Origin: the human T2T-CHM13v2.0 reference genome, Homo sapiens
Assembly (NCBI RefSeq): GCF_009914755.1
Contig: NC_060930.1
Direction: 5' to 3' (one strand)
Length of the DNA stretch: 64,000 bases
The notes beneath the pieces were generated by a model, which saw only the letters and a program-made list of their open reading frames with translations, had not been told where the DNA came from and ran no database searches. Shown in pieces: positions 49,758-64,000 of this stretch (position 1 is the first letter of the stretch; each line of letters begins with the position of its first letter). The translations under genes and the position numbers were made by a program.

Positions 49758-51514
49758 AGAGGGTAGGGCTGTTTCCTGGCCCCAAGTGTCACTGATACTT
49801 CTCTTTAGAAACTTTGATATTTTTGATTTGTTTCAGCTTGGGGCCTTTTCCTCCAATTCTACGAAGACAGAAATAGCCCACTCAATATTCCATTCACTGG
49901 AAATATAAGTAGCTAATGCTGAATATTTTTGAGACCCTTGCTTTCTTTAGTACTTTGATACTTTGCTATATCATCCAAATACTTGAAAGTATGAAACACA
50001 CAAAATAGAACATTCTTAGAGCACACAGAAAAAGGAGCTGAAAAGAATGAAAGGAAAAATTAACTACAAAGCATGGGAAACAACTGGAAGAAGGATAGAA
50101 AATACAGGAAAAAAATGAAAATATCAAAAATACATTTTGAAACCATAGAAAAAATTTTTACTATATTTCTAAAAAATGAATAAACAGGATTCTGTCATCA
50201 AAAACTCCACTGAAGAGAGTGTTTTAAGAATTTAAGTAATCAGCAAAAAGGTACTAATGTTGCCTATCAGTAACACAGAAATTGGTAGGTTATTCCTACT
50301 GACGCTTGTGTCCTCATCCTCTTATGGTTTAATGCCTTGGTCTTTATGGGGGTTTCTTAACACTTCAAGATAACGTTTGTTCAACTTGACAAATTGAAGA
50401 AATCGACACATTGTGACCCTGTTTACTCTTGTTTCTAAAGTGAATTGCTGGCTTTTTGGCAATTTCTGAGGGTTAAGAACCATTAATGTCCATTGAAATA
50501 AATAAGCCATTGAGAGCAAAAAGATCAAACAATCTTATGCAATGAGTGAGTTAATGAAAGTTAACTTAATTATTCTGCTCCTTGGTAGACACAGCTACCA
50601 AGAAAGGGTGAGTTACCCAAAGGACATAGCTCTTTAAAGTAACTTGGGGGAGCCATTTCAATCCAATATGAGCATAATACAGGAACAAATATTTTTCTTT
50701 GTTTCAGAAACTCTCTTGTAAGTCTTCAAATTCTTAGTTATAGGGAGAAATAGAGAGATGGATATATATGTGAGCTTAATGCAGTATTGCAGAGGATGAA
50801 GATGTTAATATTTTCCCAGAACACTATTTTTATTTTATTTCTAAAATAAATGACAGAGAGATTAGCATAAGTTCTGGTAATCATTTCATAATTAGGTGTT
50901 TATGTGAATTGTATTTGACTTCTATACCCTAGTAGAACTTTCTTGTTTGCTTAAATTACTGCAGAAATGCATTCGTGTTCAGACAGTACCATTCACTTTT
51001 TTATCCTCCTTCTAGACCATATTCCTATTTTTTAAAGGAAAATAAGAACCTCATTTTAATTTGTAAAAATAATAAACCTTGCCAGATTAACTGATTTTGT
51101 GGGCTTTCTCACTGAGAACAGCTTTCCATATTAGGGCTTTCCTAACAGTGTATTTTATTTGTCTATTGTTTGGTAAGAAGTTACATTATGTGGTAGTATC
51201 AGGAATCGTACCATTTCAGGGAAGTTCAAGTGCAGGATGATTAATCATTAAGATTTCTTTTGGATGTTGAGGAGCAGTAGGGAGGGATAGAAAATAAATC
51301 GAAGAGAGGTAAAACCTTGCTTCAAAGAAGGCTTGGGGAGTGCCAAAACTCTACCAATATTTCGTTGCAACTATTTTTATACAAATTGTGCATTAAAGTC
51401 ACAAGTGAGGTAGATTTTGTTTATTTTTATACATCCAGTGAGATTTGGATTGACAGTTGTATACTCAGAAGTGGTTTGGGATATCTAATACCCAATCTTT
51501 GGTATGTTTAAAGA

Positions 51515-51683
51515 CTTTTGGAAAATATGGCCCCTAGTCTACCTGCATCAGAAACATCTATGGTATAAACCTGCTGTTTCTGGGTCCCTGAGATTCTGAT
51601 TCAGTATGGCTGTGTCCAAAGACCTGTATTTGTATAGGGGTTTCCAGTTGATTCTGGTGCACATAGAGATTTGAGAACTATTG
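51515..51683. mobile_element. MER5-like hAT-Charlie MITE
   Basis: 'ctgcatcagaaacatct...gagattctgattcagta...tgattctggtgcaca...tttgagaactattg'. Confidence 0.7.
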
Positions 51684-52319
51684 TTTTGGGAAAATAACTC
51701 TGCTCACAGACAATTTCTGTTGGAAGCATTGGAGTCTACTTGTCTATATATCTCTTTTTCCCTTCTGTCTGTTGTATAAGTTCTCCAACTCCTAGTTTTG
51801 CTCTGGAGAAGGGTTATGTGATGATTCTTTTATATGGGTAGCTTATAGCCTAGAAAATGTTTTCTTGTAGGTTGAAAGTTATTTCATAATTTCAGTACTA
51901 TATTATCTCCCCCATGTGCCTTTTAGTCTTGGATGGATGTATTTCAGCTCACAGAAACAAACTGAGAGAGATGGTCCTTTCTGAAGTGAGAAAAAGGAAT
52001 TTTATTATAAAACATGTTCACATTTTCACAATAAATTTATCTGTAATATAGTTCAACATTTTTACCTGTAGGCTGAAACAACTTTATGCATCTTTAAACA
52101 AGAATATATTTTTTATTTGTGTCCATACTTTCCAAAAAACAAACTTTGATAGGAAGGTATATAGAGATCTTATTCAATTTCCAGTCAGGACTCAGTGACA
52201 TGGTTGGTCTTGTAAAAAAGAAAACATTCACTTATTTTTATTTCCTGATTCAGAAACGTAATGTATGGACATGGTCTAACTTTTGAAATATAATGAAAAG
52301 TATAAAAACAAATAAACCC

Positions 52320-52560
52320 AGGCCAAGGAGGTAGGATCGCTTGAGATGAGTTTGAGACTGACTCAGGCAACATAGTGAGACTTCATCTCTACAAAAAAAT
52401 TTAAAAATTAGCTAGATGTGGGCCTGTGGTCCTAGCTACTCTGGAGGGTGAGGTGAAAGTATCACTTGAGCCCAGGAATTTGAGGGTTCAGTGAGCTATG
52501 ATCATGCCTCTGCACTCCAGCCTGTGTAACAGAGTGAGACCCTGTTTCTTAAAAAAAAAA
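52320..52560 (+). mobile_element. 5'-truncated AluJ
   Basis: 'aggccaagg...ggatcgcttgag...cttgagcccagga...cagtgagctatgatcatgcc', with poly-A tail. Confidence 0.9.
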
Positions 52561-52639
52561 TCATCTGCAATTTCATAACCCAAAGAAAAACATTTTTTAC
52601 TTTTTGGTGTATGTTTTTCTTTGCTAGAATATACATAGC

Positions 52640-52810
52640 TATTGTTAATATTTTATACCTAAATCTGTGGGCATTCCTGATCATCCCTTTAGGATAAATT
52701 CCAGAAAGTATAATTCCTGTAAAAGAAGATACATTTTTAGGGTTTTTGATACATATTGCCAAGTTGCTTTCCAGAAAAGTTGAACTAATTGGTATTCTAA
52801 CAGTTGTATG
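52640..52810 (-). mobile_element. L1M fragment
   Basis: 'ctttaggataaattccagaaagt...ttttgatacatattgccaagttgctttccagaaaag'. Confidence 0.7.
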
Positions 52811-53390
52811 GATAGTCAGACTTCATTGGTTCAAATAGATTATTTTTAAAATTTAACTTGTAAGGACAAAGGTGTCTGTTTTTAGGAAGTTCATACATTT
52901 TTAGTGATTTTGTCTGAATTTGGTGACTTTACTTTTTGATGCTGAGGTTGTTGTAATCAGTGGATTGAATGGGGTACTATAACTGGATGATGTATTCATC
53001 ATGCCAGTGACTCTGCCAACTGCAGTGTTTGAAGTTGAATACTGTGTTCACAGAGTTCACCTATAATGCTTACTCTTTAACTTACTCAATCTTTAGGAGC
53101 TCTCCTGACTATAGTGATGATAAGAACTACTAACAGCCACAGACCACAATGCAGCTACCAGGTATAGCCTCTGTTATTCATGACAACTCATCAAGCACCT
53201 TAGTGAAACATTTCACCTCCTTATAGCACTCTAGAATATAATAGACAGGTATGACCTTGAATTTCTGTATCTACTTTTTAAATAGTGTCTTTTCAGTTAG
53301 TCTCTTTTTCTACAGATTTTCCTTGTCAGCTCCTTGTGGACTGGGGAGGTGGACCACAACCACCACTACCTGGTGCCACCTGAGAGCCAC

Positions 53391-55659
53391 TGAATTAGTC
53401 AATTTTCATACTACTATGAAGAAATATCCGAGACTGGGTAATTTATAAAGAAAAGGAGGTTTAATGGACTCACAGTTCCACATGGCTGGAGAGGCCTCAC
53501 AATCATGGCAAAAGGAGAAGGAGGAGCAAAGGCATGTCTTACATGGTGGTGGGCAGCAGAATGTTCAGGGGAACTGCCCTTTATAAAACCATCAGATCTT
53601 GTGAGACTTATTCACTGTCACAAGAACAGCATGGGGAAGACTCGCCCCTATGTTTCAATTAGTTCCTACTGGGTCCCTTTCACGACATGTAGGGATTATG
53701 GGAACTACAACTCAAGATTAGATTTTGGTGGGGACACAGCCAAATCTTATTATTCTGCTTCTGCTCCCTCCCAAATCTCATGTCCTCACATTTCAGAACA
53801 CAACCATGCCTTCTCAATAGTCTCCCAAAGTATTAACTTATTCCATCATTAATCCAAAAGTCCAATTCCAAAACCTTATCTGAGATAAGGCAAGTACCCT
53901 CCACCTACGCGCCTGTAAAATCAAAAGCAAGTTAGTTACTTCCTAGGTACAATGGAGGTACAGGCATTGGGTAAATACACCCATTCCAAGTGGGAGAAAT
54001 TGGCCAAAACAAAGGGGCTACAGGCCTCGTGCAAGTCCGAAATCCAATAGGGCAGTCATTAAACCTTCAAGTTCCAAAATAATCTCATTTGACTCCATGT
54101 CTCATATCCAGGTCATGCTGATGCAAGAGGTGGGTTCCCATGGCCTTGGGCAGCTCTGCCCTTGTGGCTTTGCAGGGTACAGCCCCCCTCCCAGCTGCTT
54201 TCACAGGCTGTTGTTGAGTGTCTGTGGCCTTTCCAGGTGCACAGTGCAAGCTGTCACTGGATCACAGTTCTGGCATCTGGAGGATGGTGGCTCTCTTCTC
54301 ACAGCTCCACTAGGCAGTGCCCCAGTAGGGACTCTGTGTGGGGACTCCAACCCAACATTTCCCTTCTGCACTGCCCTAGCAGAGGCTCTCCATGAGGGGT
54401 CCACCCCTGCAGTAAGCTTCTGCCTGGACATCCAGTCATTTCCATGCATCCTCTGAAATCTAAGTGAAGGTTCCCAAACCTCAGTTCTTGACTTGTATGC
54501 ACCTGCAGGCCCAATGCCACATGTAAACCACCAAGGCTTGGAGCTTGCACCCTCTGAAGCAACAGCCTGACCTGTACATTGGCCCCTTTTAGCCCTGGCT
54601 AGAGCTATAGCAGCTGGGACACAGGGCACCATGTCTGGGGCTACATAGAGGACAGGGGCCCTGGGCCTGGCCCAGGAAACCATTTTTCCCTCCTAGGCCT
54701 CCAGGCCTGTGATGGATGGAAGGGCTTGCTGTGAAGGTCTCTGATATGCCCTGGAGACATTTTCCCTATTGTCTTGGTGATTAACATTTGGCTCTTCATT
54801 ACTTTTGCAAATTTCTCCAGCTGGCTTGAATTTCTCCCCAGAAAAAGGGTTTTTCTTTTATATCATCATCAGGGTGCAAATTTTCCAAACTTTCATGCTC
54901 TGCTTCCTTTTGAATACTTTGCTGCTTAGAAATTTCTTCTGCCAGATACTTTAAGTCATCCCTCTCAAGTTTGAGTTTTCACAGATCTCTAAGGTAGGGT
55001 CAAAATGCCACCAGTCTCTTTGCATTGCAAGAGTGAGCTTTACTCTAGTTCCCAACAAACTCCACATCTCCTTATGAGACCACCTCAGCCTGGACTTGAT
55101 TGTCCATATCACTATCAGCATTTTGGTCAAAGCCATTCAACAAGTCTCTAGGAAGTTCCAAATTTTCCCACATTTTCTTTTGTTTTTCTGAGCCCTCCAA
55201 GTGGTTACAACCTCTGCCTGTTACCCATTTCCAAAGTTACTTCTGCATTTTTGGGTATGTTTACAGCAGTGCCCCCACTCTGCAGTACCAATTTACCATA
55301 TTAGTCTGTTCTCATGCTGCTAATAAAGACATACCTAAGACTGGGTTATTTATAAAGAAAAAGAGATTTAATGGACTCACAGTTCCACATAGCTAGGGAG
55401 GCCTCACAATCATGGCAGAAGGCAAAGGAGGAGCAAAGACACATCTTACATGGTGGCAGGCAAGAGCGTGTACAGGGGAACTGCCCTTTATAAAACCATC
55501 AGATCTCATAAGACTTATTCACTATCACAAGAACAGCATGGGAAAAACCTGCCCCCATGAGTCAGTTACCTCCCACTGGGTCCCTCCCATGACATGTGAG
55601 GATTATGGAAACTACAATTCAAGATGAAGTTTGGGTGGGGACACAGCCAAATCATATCA
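53391..55659 (-). mobile_element. Full-length THE1 (C-like) element: LTR 53391-53752, internal 53753-55296, LTR 55297-55659
   Basis: Two ~360-bp direct LTRs around ~1.55 kb of THE1-int sequence, with perfect 5-bp TSD gccac (53386/55660). Confidence 0.95.
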
Positions 55660-55835
55660 GCCACCCATACCTAGATCCCCATTATAAAATTAGGGATACT
55701 TCTGTTTTTCTTCATAGGCAAGTACCTAGATGCTACAATTTAATAAGTTTACAAGCATTATGATAAATGTTAAAATTGTGGAATTTTAAAAAATACAGTT
55801 GGATGAAAGAGTTTGGCTGGTGTTTTATCTGTTAC

Positions 55836-56215
55836 AGTATCTGTTAGGACTACTATAACAAAATCCCACAGACTAGGAGGCTTAAACAATAGAAATTTAT
55901 TTTTTTCACAATATCTCACAGGAGGCTGGAAGTCCAAGATCAAGGTGTCAGTGGCAGGTTTGGTATCTTCCAAAGCCTCTCTCCTTGGCTTGCAGATGGC
56001 CACCTTCTTGCTGTGCTTTCACATGGCTTTTTCTCTGTACCTATGTGTCCCTAGTCTCTCTCTTCTTATAAAGACAGCAGTCCTGTTGGATGACGGTCCA
56101 CCCACATGACCTCATTTTACCTTCTTTAAAGTCCTTATCTCCTAGTACAGTCTCATCCTGAAGTGAACTGGGGGTTAGGACTTCAACATATGGATTTGGG
56201 GTTGTAAGGGGACAA
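55836..56215 (-). mobile_element. MLT1 (A/B-like) LTR
   Basis: 'cacagactaggaggcttaaacaatagaaatttattt...ggaggctggaagtccaagatcaaggtg...gggggttaggacttcaacata'. Confidence 0.85.
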
Positions 56216-56366
56216 AGGACATAATGACTGATTTATGTATTTATTTACTCATCTATTTACCTAAAAATAAGTGTTACTGAAGGTTCGTAGACATTTTTCC
56301 TGAGAGCTGGTTTGATGATGATATGCTTTCTGGGTCTCTCCACATTGCAAGGTCAAAACTTGTTTT

Positions 56367-56560
56367 TAAATTTATTATTATTTTGTTTATTTATTTATTT
56401 AATTTTTAATATATATTTTTTTGAGACAAGGTCTTGCTCTGTTGCCCAGGCTGGAATGCAGTCATGCTCATTGCAGCCTAGAACTCCTAGGCTGAAGAGA
56501 CCCTCCTGCCTCAGCCTTCCCAGTAGCTGGGAATATAATCTTGTACCACCATGCCCAGCT
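56367..56560 (-). mobile_element. Alu monomer (FRAM / AluJ right arm)
   Basis: Single arm with an AT-rich tail and 16-bp TSD ggtcaaaacttgtttt (56351/56561). Confidence 0.9.
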
Positions 56561-56859
56561 GGTCAAAACTTGTTTTATAGAAACTATACTTTAGGATTAT
56601 GGGTAATATTAGGGCCATTTCTTCACAACTTTTATAACTGTGAATAAGTGAAGGATGACCAGAAGTACCTATCAATTAATTTTTTAGTCCAATAGTCAGA
56701 ATCCAGGAATTAACAGTAAACTCAAAGTTATGGTTTCTTCCAGCTCTGCCAAGGTAAACTACATCCAGTGAATCTTGACATTGCTTTGGGTTTAGCTCTG
56801 TTACATGCAGCTGGTATGCATATCCAGGCCCAGTACCCTGCTGGATGGTGCCAGTTTTA

Positions 56860-57085
56860 CTGGGGAGGTTATATGCAGAGATTCTGCTGGTTTGAATCCT
56901 GGCTCTGCCACTTGTCAGCTCTTTGGACAAATTGTTTAATCTCTCTATGCCCCAGTTTCCTCATCCATGAAATAGGAATAATAATAATACATAGGGTTCT
57001 TGTTAGAAATAAATTAGTTATGCCATTAAGCACTTAGTACAAGGTCTAGCACTTAGCATATACTTAATCAGTGTTAGGTCTTACT
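56860..57085 (+). mobile_element. MIR
   Basis: 'ggtttgaatcctggctctgccactt...cagtttcctcatccatgaaataggaataataata'. Confidence 0.88.
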
Positions 57086-57418
57086 ATTTAGGAGCAGGGC
57101 ATATATGGTTTTAGTCTGAAAAGATACCATTTTATTTCCCCAGACTAGCAATGTTCCAAACATAGCTGTATTTTCACATGATAGATACTCAGTAAATTTT
57201 TATTGAATGGATGAATGAATGATATTTGAAAATTTCTTATTCTGCACTGAAGTGAAATTTAATTTGGATTTTGAGTAGCATAAAGTCAAAAATGCCTTTG
57301 AACTCTGGAGCACAGCAGGAGGTTGCTTTGATTCTGAAAATCTGGAAAGATTTTTTGGAGTGTCTGAGCTCAACATTAATATAACTTTTTAATGCTGAAT
57401 CAAAATAAGAGATCTGTG

Positions 57419-57894
57419 ACAGCTATTCTTAAGAATTTTGGTCTAGGACTCATTTACACTCTTTAAAATTATTAAAGACCCAAAGAGCTTTGGTTTCTGT
57501 GGGATTATCTCAATTTATATTCATTACATTATAAATTAAAATAGAGGAATTTAAAAATATTTATGACATGTCCAAAGAACAAAAGTAAGCCCATGTGGGT
57601 TAATCTAAATAATGCTTTTTAAATTGTGTTTTCCAAAATAAAACAGAAAGTGAGAAGAGTAGCATTGTTTTACATTTTTGCAAATCTCTTTAATGTCTGA
57701 CTTAATAGAAGACAAGTGGACTCACATATCTGCTTCTGCATCAATCTGTTGCAAAACTTGCATTGTATACTTGTAGGAGAATGAGAGTGATAAAGGCAAA
57801 TAATGTGTTAGTATGATTATGAAAGTAGTTTTGAAGGTTTGGACTTCTTGAAAGGATCTTAGGGATTTCCCACACCACACTTGGAGAGCCACTG
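57419..57894. mobile_element. MER119-like hAT-Charlie element
   Basis: 'tttggtctaggactcatttacactctttaaaattattaaagacccaaagagcttt...accacacttggagagccactg'. Confidence 0.7.
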
Positions 57895-59559
57895 ATGTAA
57901 GTCAAGTCCATTAGGAATCCATAGCCTCTGAGTTTTGCAATCTCCATTTATCAGCACTAATGAGCTGAACAGATGGAAATGTTTACTTCCTTCCATTGAT
58001 GTTTAGAAACAAGTTGACTAAAATGATTTTCCAATGTCATTCACTCACCCTTCAGTGCTAATGCCCATCCTCAAATAAATGAGAACATTAAATAGCTAGA
58101 AAAAAAGTTTGTTGAAGTTATTTGACAAAAATAAAGAAATTTTGATTAGAGTTAACTGCATTATAAATGCTTAAAGACAATGTGTGGCCTTTCTCAAATT
58201 TAGAGTCCGCTAACTGGGAATGCCAATTAAGCTTTGACCTGGGATTGGCTGGCAGCATCCCAGGAAAAGTCTGGCAGTGTTGTTGAAGAATACTATAGGA
58301 CCTAATGCCTTGAAAATTTTTTTTCATTTTAGTATGATCTCCCTCCCACTTTGATGTTTTAGAATTAATTGTGTATCTTAACCTGTCAATCAGATGTGAA
58401 ATTACTATAGTAAGGTGTAATTTTAAAAACTCCCAGATTAGAGTGATAGGAGATGTGATTCTCTTATTTATTTATTTATTTTTGTAGACGGGAATCTACT
58501 AACCTATGTAAAAGGGAACTTATTCTGTTCTACAAGTGCTCTGTGCTATGCTGAAGTTGTAGTCTGTATTCTAAATAATCTCCAATTTTATTTTGTTCCT
58601 GCGCTAACAAGTTGTTTTCATCATTTTTATTTTTCAAGAAATGATTTATGACTCTTTAAGAATTTAGAAAAGTTACTATCTTCTATCATTTCTGAAAGAC
58701 TTGATCCCTCTTCTGGAAATTCTGCTTTTTACATGTGAGCACAGTACATCGTACTCGCCAAAAGGTAGATTATCACGTCCTCCACTGTGATAACTTCCCA
58801 CGCAGTGGCAGTAGTACAGAACATTCACGTTGCCTCTCATGAATTTTAAGACAAGCTGTAAATCTATTGAATGTCAGGCACTTTCCCATACAAATGCATT
58901 GTATGTTGAAAATCTAAATAATCAGGAATTCTGAGATGATTTTACTTTAAGGAGTGTGATCTTCTTTGTCTAGTGAGCACAATTCTTTGTCTTCCCTCAT
59001 GGTGAAATAACTGAAGTCCCTTTCAGCTTCAAATGTATTTTAAGGTTTTCATCTCATGCTCACAAGAGGGCGCTAATTCCTATTCATGCCTATAGTGGCA
59101 ACAAGACATTTACTCAAATCTCTCACCTCCAAGGTAAACCGGAGAAACCCTGGCTGAAAGAAAACTGCTAATTGGCTTTCTTCCTTTTTAGAAGAGTAAT
59201 TTCAAATTTTACAAATTTTAGGTTGTAAGAAAACAAATAACATAGTTGGATTATGTGGCAAACTCAGTTTTAAGGGAGGAAAATTTGATTTGGGGAGCAA
59301 AGATTTTGTTCTTTGTTCAGTTTAATTCCTGTTTATTTTTTACTGTATTATTTAGATGATAACAAATAAAGAGTTGCAGTACACAAGGTAATCATTAAAT
59401 ATGTAAATATAAATGTTTAAATAAATACCAAGGTATTTATTTATTGCCTTGTACAGGTCTAAGCCTATGCATATTCTTAGATTAATCTATGTTGCTATTT
59501 TCCTTGCTATAATAAAAAAAAAGTTCTTTAGCTAAATCTAGTTCTGCTCATTTTCTCCC

Positions 59560-60640
<1,081 letters not shown>

Positions 60641-61565
60641 TTAATGCATAGGATATTGAGGTAATTCTTTATCAAAATTTTTTAATGATAGGGAAAGATT
60701 TTCAGAGGCAGAGGCTTAAATTTTAGCTTCATTTAGTAATGGATTTCCAGAAGAAACAAGCAGTTGGAATAATAAATATTAAGATGAAAAATTATTTTTA
60801 TGTTAATTTGGGAGTAGATTTAGTTTTTACTTGAATTTTAGGAAGATTGTGCTTCATATTGTACCAAAGTCTTTTCTGATAAACTAATACAAGTATTTAT
60901 TACAGTCATTTTTTTCAGAGTAAATTATTTTATTTCTTCAGATGTGTTTATCTGAACTGAATTTGATTTCCTCTGCTATTGGACCTATCTTCTCCCTCCA
61001 AAGCAGTAAAGTGGTGCCTGATTTTTTCATGCTTTAGAAATGTCCAATAACAGAAATAAGGGCCTATTTTCTCTTTGGTTCCACTTTGAAAGAATATTCC
61101 TATGGAAAATAACTCTTCCCCCTCCCCTGGCCCCCACCCTCTCCAGTTTGCAAAGAAAATAAATCTTACCAGATTACCAGTTGTATGGAGTCTGTCACAG
61201 AGTCCAGGTCCCCTTTACCACATTTACTTAGTGTTTTTCTTCAGGCTGGATTAGTCGTTCCCTTTTTTGTGGACACCAACACCGTGTCCCTCCCCTTCCT
61301 TACATCTTCATCATAATGAGCAACAAGCCATGTGGTCTTAAGTGCTGTTTATCTTCAATACACAGTTACTCACTACAAAAACTTTACTTTTCCCTTCACG
61401 TTATTTTCTTCACTGGCCCTTTCCTTTGACTCCTAGCTTGCTTCAGACCTAAGTCAGCTTTCCTCTGGCAGAAACCCTGGTTCCCATTCTGTCTCACTTA
61501 CACTGTCATTCCCTAGTCTCTCTCTTTGTCTCATTTAAGGCTACCTTGAGCCCCATTTCCTCATC

Positions 61566-61742
61566 TAGAGTTGTCAGATTTAGCAAATAAAAATACAGGA
61601 CACCCACTGAATTTGAATTTCAGATACACAAAGAATAATATTTCTGTATAAGCCTGTCCCATTACTTACACTCCAAAATTATTCTTCATGTGTCTGAAAT
61701 TCCAGTTTAATAAGACATCCCATGTTTTATGTGACAACCCTG
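61566..61742. mobile_element. MER53 palindromic hAT MITE
   Basis: 'tagagttgtcagatttagcaaataaaaatacagga...tctgaaattc...gacaaccctg', with 8-bp TSD tcctcatc/ccctcatc. Confidence 0.88.
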
Positions 61743-63382
61743 CCCTCATCCTGTGGCTCATTTCATGGCTCTTGTTACTTTCCTTTGGGGGCATGTGGAG
61801 CTTGCTCTGGTAGCCACAACTCTTGCCTGAACTCTCAATCTGGTCCCTGTCAGGCTTGACCTGTTCCCCGCATGCCTAGTGTTATTAATTCTTTTACACA
61901 ATGTGAATCCATTTTTCAGCTTAGCCTGTACTACTGTCTGACTCATTTATATGTTAGTAGATGCCTTTGTGGTCAGTTTAGATGGAAAGCTAGCGAAGAG
62001 CAGCTCCCCACCACATCCCCCAAACTTACACCTTGCTTGGACATCACCTCCTGTGTCAAAAAAGCTTCAGTTAATTATAATTCCCAAAGTTGGTGGTGGA
62101 ACGGGGCTCAGGTTGGAGAGCTTTTCTTTGTACAGTCCATAATATCACAACCCTCCGTTACCCCATTGGAAGATTTTCTTATGAGTCAGAGGCTAGTTTC
62201 TGGTCCCTTGAATACTGTTAAGATTTAACTGTGGTGTAAAGCAAATATCAGCAGGTATAGCTTAAGGATTGGTTTTGCCTCACGATGTTTTTCCTTTTTC
62301 CAACAGAAGTAGACTTCAGATACATTCATTTTACCTAACCTGCATCTAGAAAATATTAATAGTGCTTTTTATTTCACTAACACAGCTTGCTCTCTAGTAA
62401 TCAGCATACTGGTATGTTCCCAATCCTGCTGTGTTCTGCCTTCACATCAAAAAGAGAAAATCTTGCTTAAAACACTCTTCTTAAAGCACAGAGAGTTAAA
62501 ATTTTATAATTATGTCTTTCTTTTCTTCTCTGTGGCTCTTAGTCCAAAGTCATATAAGAGGGTCTGTTGTAGGAGAAAAGAGAAAATCCAGTTCTGCTTC
62601 CATAGGATGTGCTGCGCGATCATCAATGTCATTGTTCCTTAACTTGTATCCATGGGATCCAGCTGATGATGTTTTCAATATTGGAGCCTTTTGTTTCCCA
62701 GCATGATGGGATGATGGAGCACTTTGTACATCTCATCAGGAGTATCTGATTCATGTTTCTCCTAACTGTGCCAGCAAGAATTACTTATCAGAATTTTTTT
62801 CCCTTTACTGTAGTAAAAAGTTGCTGTTAGCACAGTTGTGAAATTTCTTCTACCCGTGTTGAGTTTGAGGCCTCTGATTCTTTTTACTCATCGAATGGGT
62901 TTCTGTTTTATATGTTTATGGTAACCATGGAACCTTGTCTAGAGCCTCATGTGTAAGATTGCAGACTCTGTTTGTGAGGTGTTCTCAACATCGTTGATTT
63001 TGAGACAATGTGTGAGGGGGGAAACTTCAGAAATCTACATAAGTAAACCTCCCACTGAGGTTTGGGTGATCAGATGGGCTAGACCTCCAAAACCTCTGCT
63101 AAATCTGGGATTCCAGGATGCACATCATTAAAGAAATGTAAGGGGTGGCAGGAGGTACAAGCACCCTTGATTGTCTTTGAAGAAAGCCTAATTATTCCCA
63201 TTTCACAAAGCCCCTGATTACATTGTAGAATTACAAGAATTAGGTTGAACATCCAGTTCTAATGTTGTATATGTTGAGGTGCCTGACTAATTCAAAATAC
63301 ATTTCACTGGAGGATATTACAATTTCTAGAAATGTTACTGGATATAAGATAAAGAGAAAATGGAACAGAAAGGAGTTTCTGT

Positions 63383-63800
63383 TTTCATTCTCATTTATCA
63401 GACAATTATTAGTACCCTATATCCTTGGCACTGTGTTGGCTGTTGGGCTTATAAGGTCTCTGACTTTAGGGAGCTCAAATTTTAAAGTGAATATACACAT
63501 GAAATAAGTAATCAGAGTACACTGTAGTAAAGACTAACTAGAAATATTTATAAAGTGTCATATGATTACTGAAGAGTCTGTGAAAGAGAATCAATTTTGT
63601 GGGGACTATTCGGTTTTTCAAAGGAGGTGACATCTGAGTTAAATCTTGATGAAAGTGGAGGAGTTCAACAGCTAGGCCCAGAGAGCATTTAAGGTAGTGG
63701 GAGGGATATTGCAAAAATGTTTAGAGTTATCCTGTGGCAACAGGGAACCCTGGGTGATTGTAAGCAATAAAGTGACATAATCAGTTCTGAATTTTGGGAA
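63383..63800 (-). mobile_element. L2 fragment
   Basis: 'ttcattctcatttatcagacaattattagtacc...ggcactgtgttgg...gaggtgacatctgagttaaatcttga'. Confidence 0.75.
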
Positions 63801-64000
63801 AAAAAACCCTCAAAATGTAGGAATACCAGTTAGTGGTCTATGATAAAAGTATGCAGCAGAAGCAGAGGTGGGGAAAGGAGAGGAAGAGATGAGTTTGAGA
63901 AAGCTTTGGTTGTAGGGCAAAAGGAGATTCCCTGTTTCCATGTAACAAGGGTATTTTGGGTTGCCATTAAGTAAGATAGGAGACTGAGGTTGCACAGGTG

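Noticed and set aside
53505-55627. ORFs of 61-160 aa within THE1
   Set aside because: Fragmented translations of decayed MaLR sequence.
62512-62790. Possible processed-pseudogene or exon-like segment
   Set aside because: No recognisable translation in the frames examined, and no poly-A or TSD.

Overview
This window is primate (human-like) nuclear DNA. I can support no protein-coding exon, RNA gene or CRISPR array, and I could not identify the host gene. A CpG-rich promoter-like island lies at ~2.1-2.7 kb. It is followed by AT-rich, intron-like sequence full of interspersed repeats: 8 Alu, many MIR and L2, L1 fragments, THE1/MST/MLT1/MLT2/LOR1/LTR12 LTRs, one full THE1 provirus, and MER82, Tigger3, MER119, MER53, MER63 and MER5 DNA elements. 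Most L1, L2 and Alu copies are on the - strand, which fits, by inference, a + strand transcription unit starting at the island. The most unusual signals are structural: (1) a complex AT-rich repeat at 5.7-7.4 kb, with 27 identical 30-bp units and a unique 26-bp flank re-copied three times (once inverted); (2) several short local templated duplications 1-3.4 kb from their source, one with its segments in swapped order; (3) a ~1.16 kb segment bounded by ~70-bp inverted repeats that splits a MIR; (4) a hairpin with perfect 29-bp arms at 43.1 kb. Repeat family names come from my recollection of consensus sequences and need RepeatMasker/Dfam confirmation. Identities were counted by hand.
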